A DNA stretch of 52,136 bases, the filler included, from Sphacelaria rigidula (Eukaryota): NCBI GenBank assembly GCA_964200075.2. It is 4 parts of 4 records of this genome, joined end to end, with 100 filler letters (N's around TTAATTAATTAA, not from the genome) between each part and the next. Parts side by side here need not be neighbours in the genome. Positions count along the whole stretch, not along the records: positions 26,121 to 39,078 come from CAXNAA020003266.1; positions 39,179 to 52,136 come from CAXNAA020003267.1; 2 more parts are not named here. One strand, 5' to 3'. Below, piece by piece: positions 37,801 to 50,300 of the stretch (its first letter is position 1; each line of letters begins with the position of its first letter). The translations under genes and the position numbers were made by a program. The notes under the pieces are model-generated. The model did no database searches and was not told where the DNA came from. It saw only the letters and a program-made list of their open reading frames with translations.

Positions 37801-38394
37801 ATTCGGAGCCGTTTGCAGTGGGTGCAAAGATAGATCCTCATGCAATGCAATGGTCGTTGGGTACCTTACCTGATTGGAGTGCACATGCCGAACTCAACCC
37901 TTTTTCACACACGTCTCACTTCTGCAAAATGATCCACGTTTTCGCCGCTTGCTCTTCCAAGCTTTCCGGCAGCTGCGGGATGACAACATGTTTACTCAAG
38001 AACCGGTTACAGCCTTTGAGGATTCCGGCTCTGGAAAAATAAATATGATTCAATTTTTCGCCGTCCGCGGGTTCCATAGGGATATGTGGCGTTTTCTCGG
38101 CGGTTGAACATCCGCAATTATTCTGTGTGTACATGGTGCCATCGTCGCAGGGGTTCTTGGCTCGTGGGCTGGTGGGTGACCTGCAAGGTACTGCTCCGAA
38201 CATGAACCAGCCCGGGTTCTAAACGGCCCATTTTCACATCAATTTCAGGAGCTAGTCTTGAGAAATTGTTATCGTAAACACCTACGTAGCGGATCAATCG
38301 CGGACTGTTGGAAAAAGCTATTTGTGTTCCATCCGCCTAGGGAAACAGTCAAAATCTAGCGGAGTGAATATAACGCCACAACATATATTTGTAG

Positions 38395-38970
38395 GGGGGT
38401 GTAGTCATGATAATGCATGCCGTAGTCATACTCGTAAGACCATTGACCTCGCATCCCTGCAAAGCCCAGACGGACCACGCCGGGTTTTCGCCGGACCAGG
38501 CTCGCACTCAATCACCAAGCGCGAAGCGTCGTGGTGTGTTCGGCGAGTCGCATGAATGGTGAGCTGCACCCTCCGAAGATTGTCCGGCCGGAAGCCTACT
38601 GACTATCTCGCATTTGGATTACAGCATACAATGGGCTGCTTGATTTCCTGGTATCGTCACCTCCAGAGACAGCCACGGCTTATACACTACCTCATGGGTG
38701 TCTCACCATTTGAACACTACGTGGTACGATCATCCCCATTGTGCGGATTTCAGGTTCTACCACGCCGCACAATATGATGTTGCTCGACTGCCATCATGGT
38801 TAACGCAAAAAAAAAACGCAAGCGCGCAAAAAAACTCGGTAACGTGGTTGTCTGGCTTACGCAGTGAGTGGTGTGTTTTTTAGCGCCATCACCAACCGAC
38901 CCCGACCCCGTCGGGGGCCCGTCCCTACAAGGCCGGGACACAGCACGCCGGGTTTTCTCCGGACCAGGCT
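38395..38970 (+). mobile_element. Second copy of the ~560-bp dispersed repeat
   Basis: Colinear with the reverse complement of 10410-10969; motif cacgccgggttttc(g/t)ccggaccagg occurs near both ends (~38476 and ~38944). Confidence 0.75.
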
Positions 38971-39078
38971 GTACATACATTTAACAACGTTTTCGTGAAA
39001 TTGAGAGTTGAAGGTACGATTGAGAGTGAAAAGCGATCAACTAGTGAATAAGCCGTTTCAGTTCCGAAATGCACCTCC

Positions 39079-39178
39079 NNNNNNNNNNNNNNNNNNNNNN
39101 NNNNNNNNNNNNNNNNNNNNNNTTAATTAATTAANNNNNNNNNNNNNNNNNNNNNNNNNNNNNNNNNNNNNNNNNNNN
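39079..39178. other. Assembly gap with artificial TTAATTAATTAA linker
   Basis: 100-bp N block with central linker. Confidence 0.98.
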
Positions 39179-39234
39179 TGCAAGAGAGATATGCCACTTC
39201 AGCCCCATATTTTGTATGAATCGCAAAATATAAA

Positions 39235-40040
39235 ATCGGCTGTTATTTCATGTCTATATCCGGTCTGTGATGTGGTAGTCAAAGAAAAAGTGGCGAATTT
39301 CTGTATTCCATGGCTATGTCCGGTCTGCGTTCTGCTAGTGCATAAAACAATGACCACCTTCTGTATTGCATGTCCATGTCCAGGCTGTGTTCTGGTTTAT
39401 GCAAAGATGAAATGGTCAGTTTCCGTATTTCATGTTCATGTCTCGGCTGTGTTCTGCTAATGCAAAGGAAAATGGTTCGCTTCTGTATCCCACGTCCATG
39501 TCCGGGCTGTGTTCTGGTTAATACAAAAAATAAATCATGGTCATTTTCCGTATTTCATATAAATATCCGGGCTGTGTCCTGGTAGTGCAAAAAAGAAAGG
39601 CAAGCTTCTGTATTCCATGCTTAACAATGGTTTTTTGAGGTTGAGAGTAGAGGACACGACTGAGAGTTAGAAGCGATCAACTGATGAACGAATAGTTGCA
39701 GTCCCGAAATGCCCCTCCACGAGGCCCTGAACGCTTTCTGTAGTAGCTTGCCACTGAAGCCCTTGATATCCCTGAGAAGGATATCGACGTGTATCTGTAA
39801 GCACACGCCAGTGTTACAGACGAAGAAAGGCACACATGGAAAAAAAAATGGTCAAGTTAAAGCAAAAGATAAACCCACTCTCAATCAACGCTCTACGCTC
39901 AATCTCATGAAAACATTGTTGTCTATGTCCGGGCTGTGTTCTGATAATAATGCAAATAAAATTGGTTTTTATCTGCATTCTATATCTATATCCGGGCTGT
40001 GTTCTGGTTGTACTGCGAACAAAATGTGATCTTCTGTATG
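39235..40040. repeat. Degenerate ~60-bp satellite (ttctgtattccatgtctatgtccgggctgtgttctggt...), interrupted by a MITE
   Basis: About 6-7 units at 39235-39620 and about 2 units at 39921-40040. Confidence 0.85.
39623..39920. mobile_element. MITE with ~45-bp imperfect TIRs
   Basis: aacaatggttttttgaggttgagagtagag... pairs with ...ctctacgctcaatctcatgaaaacattgtt. A second partial copy lies at ~38982-39078. Confidence 0.7.
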
Positions 40041-40585
40041 AATCCAGGAGAGGGGAGGGGAAGGGGGCATCGCTGGAACAACAAACGATGTATTTGGCTT
40101 GGGAACGAATTAATCTAGCCAGCGGACATAGATCGAAGAGGTGGGAAAGAGTGGGGGACGAAAGGTGGGGACGGGAGGTACTAACTCGTTGCTTGCTTGA
40201 GTCGTTTGATCATTAACTGCGCGCCCCTTTCTTTCGAGACGTAGCTGCTGTTCATTGTTGATATCCGTGCTGCTTGCTGGTGTTTGCTTCTCCTCTTCTC
40301 TTCGTTGGTGCTTTTCCATTAATCGATTACGTAAAATATGCGCCCATACATAAAAAATACGTACATGGTTCCTTCTGGATGAATCCTCTTACCCTCACTG
40401 GTGAACTGTACCTGACTATATTCATCACCAAGGCCAGAGAACTTGTATGGTGACGCACCGCAACCCCAAAAAACAGCCTTGCTTGCGTAACGTCCGCCCT
40501 GTGACGAAAATACACCGTTACGTTGAGTTGGTAGTGATGATATGGATAATGACCGTTGGTAGTGATGATCTGGATCATGACCGGG

Positions 40586-41053
40586 TGTTCGTGATAGCGG
40601 CCGTAGTGTCGATTGATTTGCGCAAAACATCTGATTGGACGATTTGAATAACGGAACTGTCGATCTGTAGGTTGCTGAGCTGCCACATATTTGAGAGTTG
40701 CGAGGAACGTTTGCGGTCCTTTCTGTAGCTTATTTAGGAGTGCTCTTTGTGGATCCTGCATTAGTCCGAGCATGGTATTTGTGGTGGGGGGAACAACCCG
40801 AGGTTTTGTGGTACGTAAGGAAGTGCGTTGGTCCGAGTTCCGTTGCTGGAATCATGTAGATCGTTGCTGAGGTTCCGGAACGTTTCTGGAACGTTTCTGG
40901 AACCTGTCTTTGGTTCTTTGACTTCTAGAGTTTCTGGGATGTAGATGACACGAGCTCGCCTACCGTGCTCACTCCACTTTCCCGATCTGTCTCTCCGGGC
41001 CAAGGTCTCAATAATACAACATCTTTTCTCCAGAAGTCACGAGCTTACCAAGA
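40586..41053 (+). repeat. Copia 5' LTR (468 bp)
   Basis: Near-identical to 46374-46848; begins TG and ends GA (CA in the 3' copy). Confidence 0.95.
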
Positions 41054-41139
41054 CGCTATAGCGCATCAGTCGACTGTTACTTCGTCCCCCTGGACTGTGC
41101 ACGAGACTGTCGAAGGAGGCTTGATCAACCTGCCTCATC

Positions 41140-44100
41140 ATGGCTGAACTGGGGGACGAGGATCCCGCGGTTGACCTAGCTGAGGGTGGATCGCAGGAGG
41201 TTGGTGAGAGAATGGGTTCCATAGAGACACAGTTGTCTCAGCTCACGACTCTAGTTTCGTCGCTAGTTCAGAACCAGAGAGAGCTAGTCTCGTCGCTAGC
41301 TGAGCTACAGGGAGAGAAAGTGGAGTCCTCTGGTTCTGTAGGTGCTGCGCCAGGCAGCAACGGACCAGAGGCTAGTACGCATCCTTCTGACGATGCTACT
41401 GGTGGGACCGCGGGAGGTACGGGCGGCGATGCCCAAGGCTTAGGCGTGTCCAGCATGCGGGTTGGGACTAGTAGTCTTGCAGACTCAGGCTTGAACCCTC
41501 ATGTATCTGCTGTAAACCTTTCCTCTGTCGCTGCAGTAAAATTTGGTTCGATCAGGACTGTAGGTGGAGCTTTGTGTCAATCCTCTGTTCCGCCCGCTCC
41601 TACTCTGCCGAGTAAGTGGTGGGAAAACGTCGCCAGTGAAAACACACTGATTCCTGGGGCTGACATTTCTGGCACAGGAGAGAAGTTGGGTAGGGGTCCT
41701 TTCAAAGTTCCCAAAGTGTTTTTTGACGGTAACGGCGTGTCGTATCCCTCATGGTCGCAGAACTTTCTGTTGAAGGCCCGACACAACAACCTGTATGAGG
41801 CGTTTGTTGCTGAAGCTGAGATTCCGATTGCAGACATTGGTTTCGACTTGATCCTCTGGGTAGAGAAATGATTCAGTGTGGGTGTGATGTGTCAGGCTGA
41901 GATGGCTTGGTGGTTTCTGTTCGACTGCTTGGAAGAAGATTGTCTGAAAACCGTGGCTAGGCATGCTGGTTCCCCTAGCAAGGCGTTCCGAGTGCTCAAG
42001 GATCACTTCCTACCTTTGAGCCAGAGTCAGATTCGCGTGCAGGAGGGGAAACTGAAGTCACTACGCATGCGTTCGAACGAGAATTCCGCGACCTTCTTTG
42101 CATCCATGAGAGAGACGCTTGGTGTTCTACAAATGCTTGAAGTCAAGAAAGATGACAGAGAGGTGTGCAACCTGATGCTTGAGGGACTGTCGCTCGAGTT
42201 CAAGACTTTGCGTGAAACTCTTGTGGTGTTCTGTCCGAATGACCCATCGTTCATAGAGACTAAAGTGCGTGAGCGGTATCTAGACTTGCAGTCACAAGGT
42301 GGTCCGAAGAAGCACAGTGGTGTTGCTCTTGTGTCTAGGGCAGAGAGGAAGAGTACCAAGAAGCCGAACAAGAAGTCGAAGTCTAGCTCCGAATCGATTC
42401 GTCCAAGAAAAAGACGTTTCAGGGAAAGTGTTTCAAGTGTGGGGAGAAGGGTCACTTGAGGTAGGACTGCCTGGCTCGCGTGATCGCTCATCCTACCTAG
42501 ACGGGGAAATTCGAGGACGACGAGGATGAAAATGATGAGAAGTCTAGCTTGGTGTTGCTCTCTGAAACCAGCTTGAATAACTCGAGTGATCTGATGTGTC
42601 TGGTAGCATTTTACGATGCCATACTGTGTGAGTGCTTGTTCAATGATGATGCTGTTCGTGAATAATCTTCTCTTGTAAGGAAGGATATGTGTGTCGAAGG
42701 TTGGTATGCAGACACAGGTACTGCTTTCTACATGACTGATTCTCTCTCTTGTATGAAGCATGTAAAGCCTTGCCACAAAAACGTAAAAGGGATTGGTGGC
42801 GTGACTTGTGAGGTAGCACTCTCTGGAACACTGGAGTTGGTGTTTGTGACTGCTGACAGCGAATTTTCCGTAGAGTTGGAGAACGTGTTGTACCCTCCCA
42901 ACTCAGGGTGTAACCTCTTTTCTCCCAGCGCAGAGTTTGATGGCAAGTCATGGAATGGTCTTGGTGATCCTGATGGTGTCATGACTGCCTACGACGGACA
43001 TATTTCTTTTCAGGACTTCGATGGCATGCTAATTGCGACTGCGTATCGTCTGGGAGATGACTCTGTCGGTTCGGTGTTGGATGCCCTCACTCCTTCAAAC
43101 CCCAAGCATGAGAAGAAGATGGATGTGCACGAGTTCCATAACAACAGTTATGCTCATTTACACGAGGGATTGCTTCGTATTACTGCAAAGCGACTAGGTA
43201 CCGAGTTGACCGGTGACATGCATGCTTGAACGGGATGTTTGATGTCGAAGGCTATTAGGAAAGGAATTACTCTTGAAACTAAATGTAGATCGGATAAAAA
43301 GTTGGGCAGAGTTTTTGTTGACCTGGGAGGGAGGAAGGACGTTGCGTGCGTAGGGGGTAAACATTACCCCATGATTGTGAAGGATGATATCACAAGGCGT
43401 GCATGGATGTGTTTACTAAGAAGTAAGTCAGACGCTGGGAGTGCTTTCCGAAGTTTTTTTGCTAGTGTACGTGCTGATGGATTCCCATCATTGGTTGAGA
43501 TTATTAGATCTGACAATGGAGGGGAGTTTTTTGGGGGGGAGTTTGCATCCGTCTGCAATGAGCTTTTGATCAAACAAGATTTCACTCCGGCTTACAGTCC
43601 CCACTATAACGGTGTTGCAGAGCGTGGATCGGGGTGGATTGAGGAGGCCGCTATGGCGGCTTGTATTCAGGCGAAAGTTCTGTTTGGACATGTGGCAGTT
43701 ACCTAAGACTGACAGACTGTGGGCTGAGGTAATGCACTGGGCTTACGAAGCATTTAATCACACAGCGTACTCTGCTAACCCTGACTCTAAGTCGATGTAT
43801 GAGATGTGGTATGGAGAATCTCGTCCTGCTAGACCGTATCCGTTTTTGAAGCCGGCGTACCGCAGGTGGCAGCGACCGTCTAAGCTGCTACCGCAGGGTG
43901 AGAGTTGCTTTTATGTCGGTCCTTCGAATAGACCACCCGCGTGATTGTCACAGAGTACTTACGAGGGCTGGGACTATTCAGGAAACGAGGGATGTGACGT
44001 GGGAGGCGTTGTCGTCGCAGCTCCCTCCACCGCAACCTCCTCTGCCGATTGAGATCGCGGAAGAGGGAGGGGAGGAAAGTGACGACGATGTAGAAGCTAA

Positions 44101-46299
44101 AGTGTGGCCACTTGCAGGGAGGGCAATTCAACACACTCGCATTCGTGTAAATCGTGATGCAGTGTTACCCTATGGTGCAGGACTCGATGAGAATCGTGAG
44201 CCCTATGTTGCAGGGATCGATGGGGTTGGCAGTGTTGATGCAGGCAGTGTAGGCCAGTCCCTTTCTGTTCCATTTTCCCCCTCTGTACCGTCTTCGCCCG
44301 TGGACAACTCCTCTAGTAGAGCGGCTCCCTCTGTGTCTTCTCCAGCACTTGAGATAGATGGGAAGGGGCAGGGAGGGCAGGAGACAGGGAAAGTTGAGAT
44401 GGCGGATCCGGGAGGGGATGGGGAGGTAGAGTCGATTGGGCCGGGAGCACATGGTGATGTAGAGTCGATTGGGCCGGGAGGGCAGGAAGTAGAGGCGGAG
44501 GCACCTCCTCCAACCGCTCGTCGTCCGCGGCATGTCGCTGAGCTTGCTGGTATTAATACTGCTGCGCGTGAGAATGATGAAGTAAGAGAAGGTAGAACGT
44601 TTGCGCAAAGCCGTGCAGTTAATCAACAGACCGTGTCTGGCCTTGTGGCCACCATAGGGCCCATCTCCGCATCAGAGAAAATGTATGCACTCTTAGCGGA
44701 ACAAAGAGCAGGTGACGCCGTGGAATTGCCGAAATAACTCGTTCAGGATGTTGAGCCAGAGCCTGGTACCTATCAAGAAGCCCGGCAATCAAAGCACGCA
44801 AATATTTGGGATGGAGCCATGTCTGCAAAAGTTGAAGGTTTGATAAGAGCAGGAACGTTCACGTTAGCAGTAAAGATCCCAGTAAGCTGTAATGTGATTG
44901 ATGCTAGATGGGTTTTCAAATGGAAAACAGACGAAACAGGGAAGGTAGTGAAGGCCAAGACTAGGCTTGTAGCGAAGGGACTCAAGCAGGAGTATGGTGT
45001 GGACTATCTTGAGACTTTCTCGCCTACTGCAAATGCTGCATCGGTGCGATTGTTAGTAGCGTTGGCGTGCAAGTACAACTGGGAATCACTGGGATATTGA
45101 GCAAGCGTTTGTTCAGTCGGAATTGGATCACGAGGTGTTCATGAAGTTGACTCCTGGCTGCGGTTCGATGTCAGGAAAGGTCGTCCGTTTGAACAAGAGG
45201 TTGGACGGATTGAAGCAGGCATCTAGAATATTTTATAAGAGGCTAGTGTCGAACCTGAAAAGGATTGGTTTCGAGCAGTCTCTTTCTGACCCCTGTGTCC
45301 TGCGTTTCATGATGGGAGACGAGGTGGTGGGTATGGTCGCGATTCACGTGGATGGCATTCTGTATGCAGGAACTAAGACTCTTGCCAAGGTGGTAGTGAA
45401 AGCGCTAGGTGACTCTCTTCCTACGAAGTTTGGGTGAGGTCAAGTTCTTTCTTGGTTGCGCATTTATTCGCAACCGCGAGGCTGGCACGATTGGGATTTC
45501 TCAAGAGAGTTGCAGCAGGAGTGCTCTGGAGAGATTCAATATTTGTCGCACCAGCTCGATCCCTGCTTCCCTTGCCAACGATAACAGGTCCTTGATGGAG
45601 GATGAAGGGGCAGGAGATGTGCCGTTCCGAGAGGTGGTGGGGAGCCTGATGTGGATTGCCAACCAGACAAGGCCCGACACCTCAAATGCTGTGCGGGAGG
45701 TGGCGAGGCACTCTCACGAGCCAAAGAAGAGCCACTGGAAGGCAGCCCAGAAGATTCTGAATTATCTTCTGGAAACGGCGCATTTAATTCTGAAGTTCAA
45801 GCAGGACAGTACGGTGGACGTAGGCGCGTTGGTGTACGTAGATGCCGACTTTGCAAGCAAGGCCACTGATCGTAGATCAGTTTCGGGAGCGTTGGTTTTT
45901 GTGGCTGCCATGCTTGTAGTTTGGATTCCTAGGACGCAGAAATGCGTTTCACAGTCGACTTCTGAAGCAGAGTATCTTGCGATGGGTGATGGTGTAAAGG
46001 AGGCCCTGTTCGTGAACGGGATGCTTCAGTTCTTGAGGCCTAGCGTGAAGCCTCGTAATATTGAGGTACTTGAGGACAACGAAGGTGCGATTGCGCTTGC
46101 AGAGAACCCGCTTAGCTCGTGCAGGAGTAAGCACATTTACGTGAGGCACCACTTTCTCATGAATTTGACCGAGGAGGATGTGATCGAGATCACGCATGTT
46201 CTCAGCGAAGAACAGATGCGGACATCCTCACGAAGGCTCTGCCGAGAGATCTTTTGGAGAGTCACCGTGACTTTGTCCTTGGCTCGAGATGACAAGTAG
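41140..46299 (+). pseudogene. gag-pol: Copia gag-pol polyprotein, multiple stops and frameshifts
   Basis: Zinc knuckle CFKCGEKGHLRxDC (~42430); protease WYADTG; integrase VFVDLGG, IRSDNGGEF, TPAYSPHYNGVAER; RT RWVFKWK, RLVAKG, GVDYLETFSP, GLKQA, HVDG; RNase H YVDADFA, STSEAEY, EDNEGAI, RSKHI. Confidence 0.95.
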
Positions 46300-46373
46300 A
46301 AATCTGAGTCGTAATTTGGTTTCGTAATATATGATGTATTTGGTCTGGTAGATACAACAGCCCCAAGGGAGGG

Positions 46374-46848
46374 TGTTCGTGATAGCGGCCGGCCGCCGTC
46401 GTATCGACTGATTTGCGCAAAACATCTGATTGGACGATTTGAATAACGGAACTGTCGATCTGTAGGTTGCTGAGCTGCCACATATTTGAGAGATGCGAGG
46501 AACGTTTGCGGTCCTTTCTGTAGCTTATGTAGGAGTGCTCTTTGTGGATCCTGCATTAGTCCGAGCATGGTATTTGTGGTGGGGGGAACAACCCGAGGTT
46601 TTGTGGTACGTAAGGAAGTGCGTTGGTCCGAGTTCCGTTGCTGGAATCATGTAGAACGTTGCTGAGGTTCCGGAACGTTTCTGGAACGTTTCTGGAACCT
46701 GTCTTTGGTTCTTTGACTTCTAGAGTTTCTGGGATGTAGATGACACGAGCTCGCCTACCGTGCTCACTCCACTTTCCCGATCTGTCTCTCCGGACCAGGG
46801 TCTCAATAATACAACATCTTTTCTCCAGAAGTCACGAGCTTACCAACA
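46374..46848 (+). repeat. Copia 3' LTR (475 bp)
   Basis: TG...CA, preceded by the PPT and followed by TSD ccggg. Confidence 0.95.
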
Positions 46849-47388
46849 CCGGGGACACTAGGTTGATACTCTGGCGTTCTAGGTGGGTGCCCTGGAATGT
46901 CACTCCTGAATAATGAGAATGTTGAAAAAGCTGACAACTGAAACTGAGGCAAAGGCTGACAACTGAAACTGAGGCCAGTAAGACTGGGGAGTCCCTCAAC
47001 AACAGTGATTCACAGTGCTTCCACTGGTTGGCGTCAAAATATCGATATTAAGGCTAGTGCTAGTGTGTTGCTAGATATCTTCTGGAAATAATTTCTGTAG
47101 GAGTCTGGGAGCTGTGGAAACCTGATACACCACGGACGTGTGGAGAGGGTTCCAGCTAAGGCAGCTGCAGAAAGGCGGCTGGCCTGTGATTGATCCAGAC
47201 TGGAGACTTGCTGAAGCTGCGTGCAGCGGGAGTTTGGAGGCTCCTACGACTGTGTGGTGCGGCGACGAAGCAAGAAAAATGCAATTCGCGAAGGTCCACT
47301 GGCCTGCAGAGGTTCGCAGGCAGCCGGTTACAGCTATACAGTTATGGCTATCGGCTTACGAGGTACGTCCACCGTGACACTCGTGGTC

Positions 47389-50300
47389 ATGCGGGAAGAA
47401 TTGCGACCTCCCCAATACGGGGATAGGCACCCAGAGAGTGCATCTCGCACTTTCTACACGAGGTATTTGGAATACAAGAAGCGTGTGGAGCACGCTAATG
47501 CAGGGGGTGCCGTGCGGCATCAGGTGGTGACAATGACTCAACAAGAGCCAACTCACGCACAGAGAGTGTTCGCTCGTTTGGAACATAAGGAGAGCACTCT
47601 CACCTCGCCGCAGTTGATTGCGGCGATCAAAAAGCATGCGGGGGTGCGGCAGGCGCCGAGGTAGATCTGACCCAAGCGTCCGCGGCCGTGGCGAAATTTG
47701 TCGCAATGGATTCTCGGGGGAAAACGATCTTGGAGCGTGTGGAGCCCATCTTGGCCAATTTTGAGAAGTACTTCACGGCAAATCCGAACGTAGAAGTAAT
47801 ATACCGTTCCCCCGATGGTGAGTTCATTCCCGACCCGGCAGCAGTAATCACTGAGGCTTTGGTGGAGGGGTTGGCACCGGAATTTTTCAACCAAGCCGTG
47901 CTTGTCAAGCTGCAGCACCAAACAGATTGAAAGGCCGACCCGTGCCTGGTGATGAGCACCGTCGTGGCCGAGGCCAAGGAGTGGCGGGAAATAGAGGTGT
48001 TCGACAAGTCGTCAACCTCTTTGCCGAAATCTTTGCGCAACCATGGCTCGAAATCGGCTGGTCGCACCGCGAGTATTACTTGCCACCGCTGTGGCCAGGT
48101 CGGCCACTACGCGCGCGATTGTCCAACGTCTTCCGGTGGAGAGTCTGGGCAGTCTAGTGCCGCGCGCCATCAACATCGACAGCACAAGGGCAAAAGACGA
48201 GGTAATCGTGGTGGCGGCGGATTCTCCGGCGATGGAGGGTCACAGGCGAGCCCTCAGCAGCAGCCGCAGCAGCAGTAGAATCAGCAGCAGCAGGGTGGCG
48301 GTGTCAGCATGGGCCTGGCTCTGGGTCCGGCGCCGCCGTAGGTGCTGCTGCTGCTACGCAGCGGGCGGTGCAGGTGGGCCCGACTTCTACAGAGTCACAC
48401 ACTGCGGCGGCGACACCGGCAGCAACGCCAGGCACGACGCGTGTCGACGCGCTGGTCGGAGGGTCGCCAAATTCTTGGTTTGCTGGTTGGGGGGCGTATC
48501 CGCCGGCGGTGCCGTTTGAAACTGCCGGGGCGTCTTCGCCTGCGCAGCGTGCGCAGCCGTGGCGTCAAGTGGGATTAGCGGCGCATAGGTCAGCGGAAGA
48601 AGTTCACGTGGAGCTTGCCGACAGATTCATTCCGGCGGAGTTATTTCTTCCGAATCAACGGCAGCGCGGAGCCATTGTGGTTCGGTCTGTGTCGGATTCT
48701 GGCGCCCATTTCACTAGTCAGCCGGTGCAGATGGTTGAGATGCTGGAGCGTCAACTCCCGGGTGTGCTGCTGCGCATCCCATTTTCGCTCGGGGAGCGGC
48801 AGGCAATCACGGCGTCGGCTCAGCATGTTTCAGTCACGGAGCGTACTGTTCCGTTGCAGCTATCCTTCCAGACTGCTTGGGGGCTGGCGCCGTTGCCTCC
48901 GATCTCGTTTGCGATTATGCCAAGGTCGGATGGCGTTGTTCTTCTGGGGCTGCCGACGCTACAGAATCTAGGAGTCGACCCGTAAGGGCGGTTGAAGGAC
49001 TCCATCAAGACGCGGATGTCTCCGCCTGGTCCGCACGTGGAGACGCCCGCCTTCTTGGGCAGTCGTCGCGTGAGCTTGTGGGTGGATGCTTTTCAGGAGG
49101 CTGGGGGGCAGGTGACCGAGGAGCGGGATGCGGCGGTGGAACGCTTAGTAGAGCGCGGCCCGGGGATGTTAATGATTCGGGCGGAAGAGGAGTCCGCTCG
49201 GAAGGTTGCGCTGGAGGAGAGCGTGACAGATGCTGGGGCGACAGGCCTCAGCGTCTCAAAAGCGGAGCGCCTGCACGGCATATTGCATTGCCGCGTCACC
49301 GCGTTTCGTCGTGCGCTGCAGGGTAATCCCCCTGCGCGCGTGGAGCCCATGCGTGTTCAGCTAAAACCTGGGGCGTGCGGCGGCACGGTCCAGTGAAGTC
49401 GAGTTGGTTGGCGTTGTGCATGGCGTCTCTTTTGGCGCTTGGGTTTGGTGTTACAGAATTTGCAGGCGGGGTGGTCCAGTCCGGATATGGCGTTTCCGAA
49501 GAAGCCAGCATCGCGGACAGAGGGCAGGCTGCAGGCGCGGGCGGCAGCGAAGGATCTAGTGGCTCATGCCGTGACGCTGCTCCGTCGTCGTCCTGATTGT
49601 CAGGTGTCAATGTTTCCGGATGCATTTGAGTGCCACTGGGGTAGTTTGGTCATGCAGGTGCCTACAGTTGAAATTCAAATGCCTGTGCGCGCTGTGGCTG
49701 TGTATGGTCCGTGTGAACGTGATGACTCGATGCCGTCCAAATCTGTTGTCCGCCAAGCGCAACGAAAAAACCTCGGGGCCGAAGATGCGGATGTGCAATC
49801 TTTCGAATCGGACGTTGGTACTGCAATCTTGGACAATGAAGGTCTGTTTCGTGTGCATATGGGTGGCCGAAACGTTTTGTGGATTCCGAGTCCTGACAAG
49901 CAGTTGCAGGTACGCCTGATGATTTGCGCGCACATGCACGACGCCGGGCATCGTGGTGTGGCTACGACGCTCGTGCGCTTGCAAGAATATTTTGTTTGGC
50001 AGGAGATAGAAACTCATGTTAGCGAATTTGTCCGCCAGTGTCTTCACTGTGCTGACTCGAGGGCGGGCGATGTTGTTCCCCGCCCGCTCGGCGACACGGT
50101 CCATGGGACCACGCCGAATGAAGGCGTTCATTTTGACTTCTTGTACGTGGGCGAGAGTGGCCCGCTAACTTCCCAAGGTTTGTCGGAGGATGCGGGGTTT
50201 CGATACATTTTGGTAATCATGGATGATGTGAGCCACTCTGTGGCTCTGGAACCAGTAGCAGTGTGTACTGCTGAATCGACCGCTGCATCTTTGCTGAATT

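Larger units (their letters stand above)
40586..46848 (+). mobile_element. Ty1/copia LTR retrotransposon, full-length structure, coding region degenerate
   Basis: LTRs 40586-41053 and 46374-46848; 5-bp TSD ccggg (40581-40585, 46849-46853); PPT aagggaggg at 46365-46373; domain order gag-PR-INT-RT-RH. Confidence 0.97.

Noticed and set aside
40327-40773. Duplicated minus-strand ORFs at 40327-40773 and 46137-46568
   Set aside because: Chance reading frames across the two copia LTR copies.
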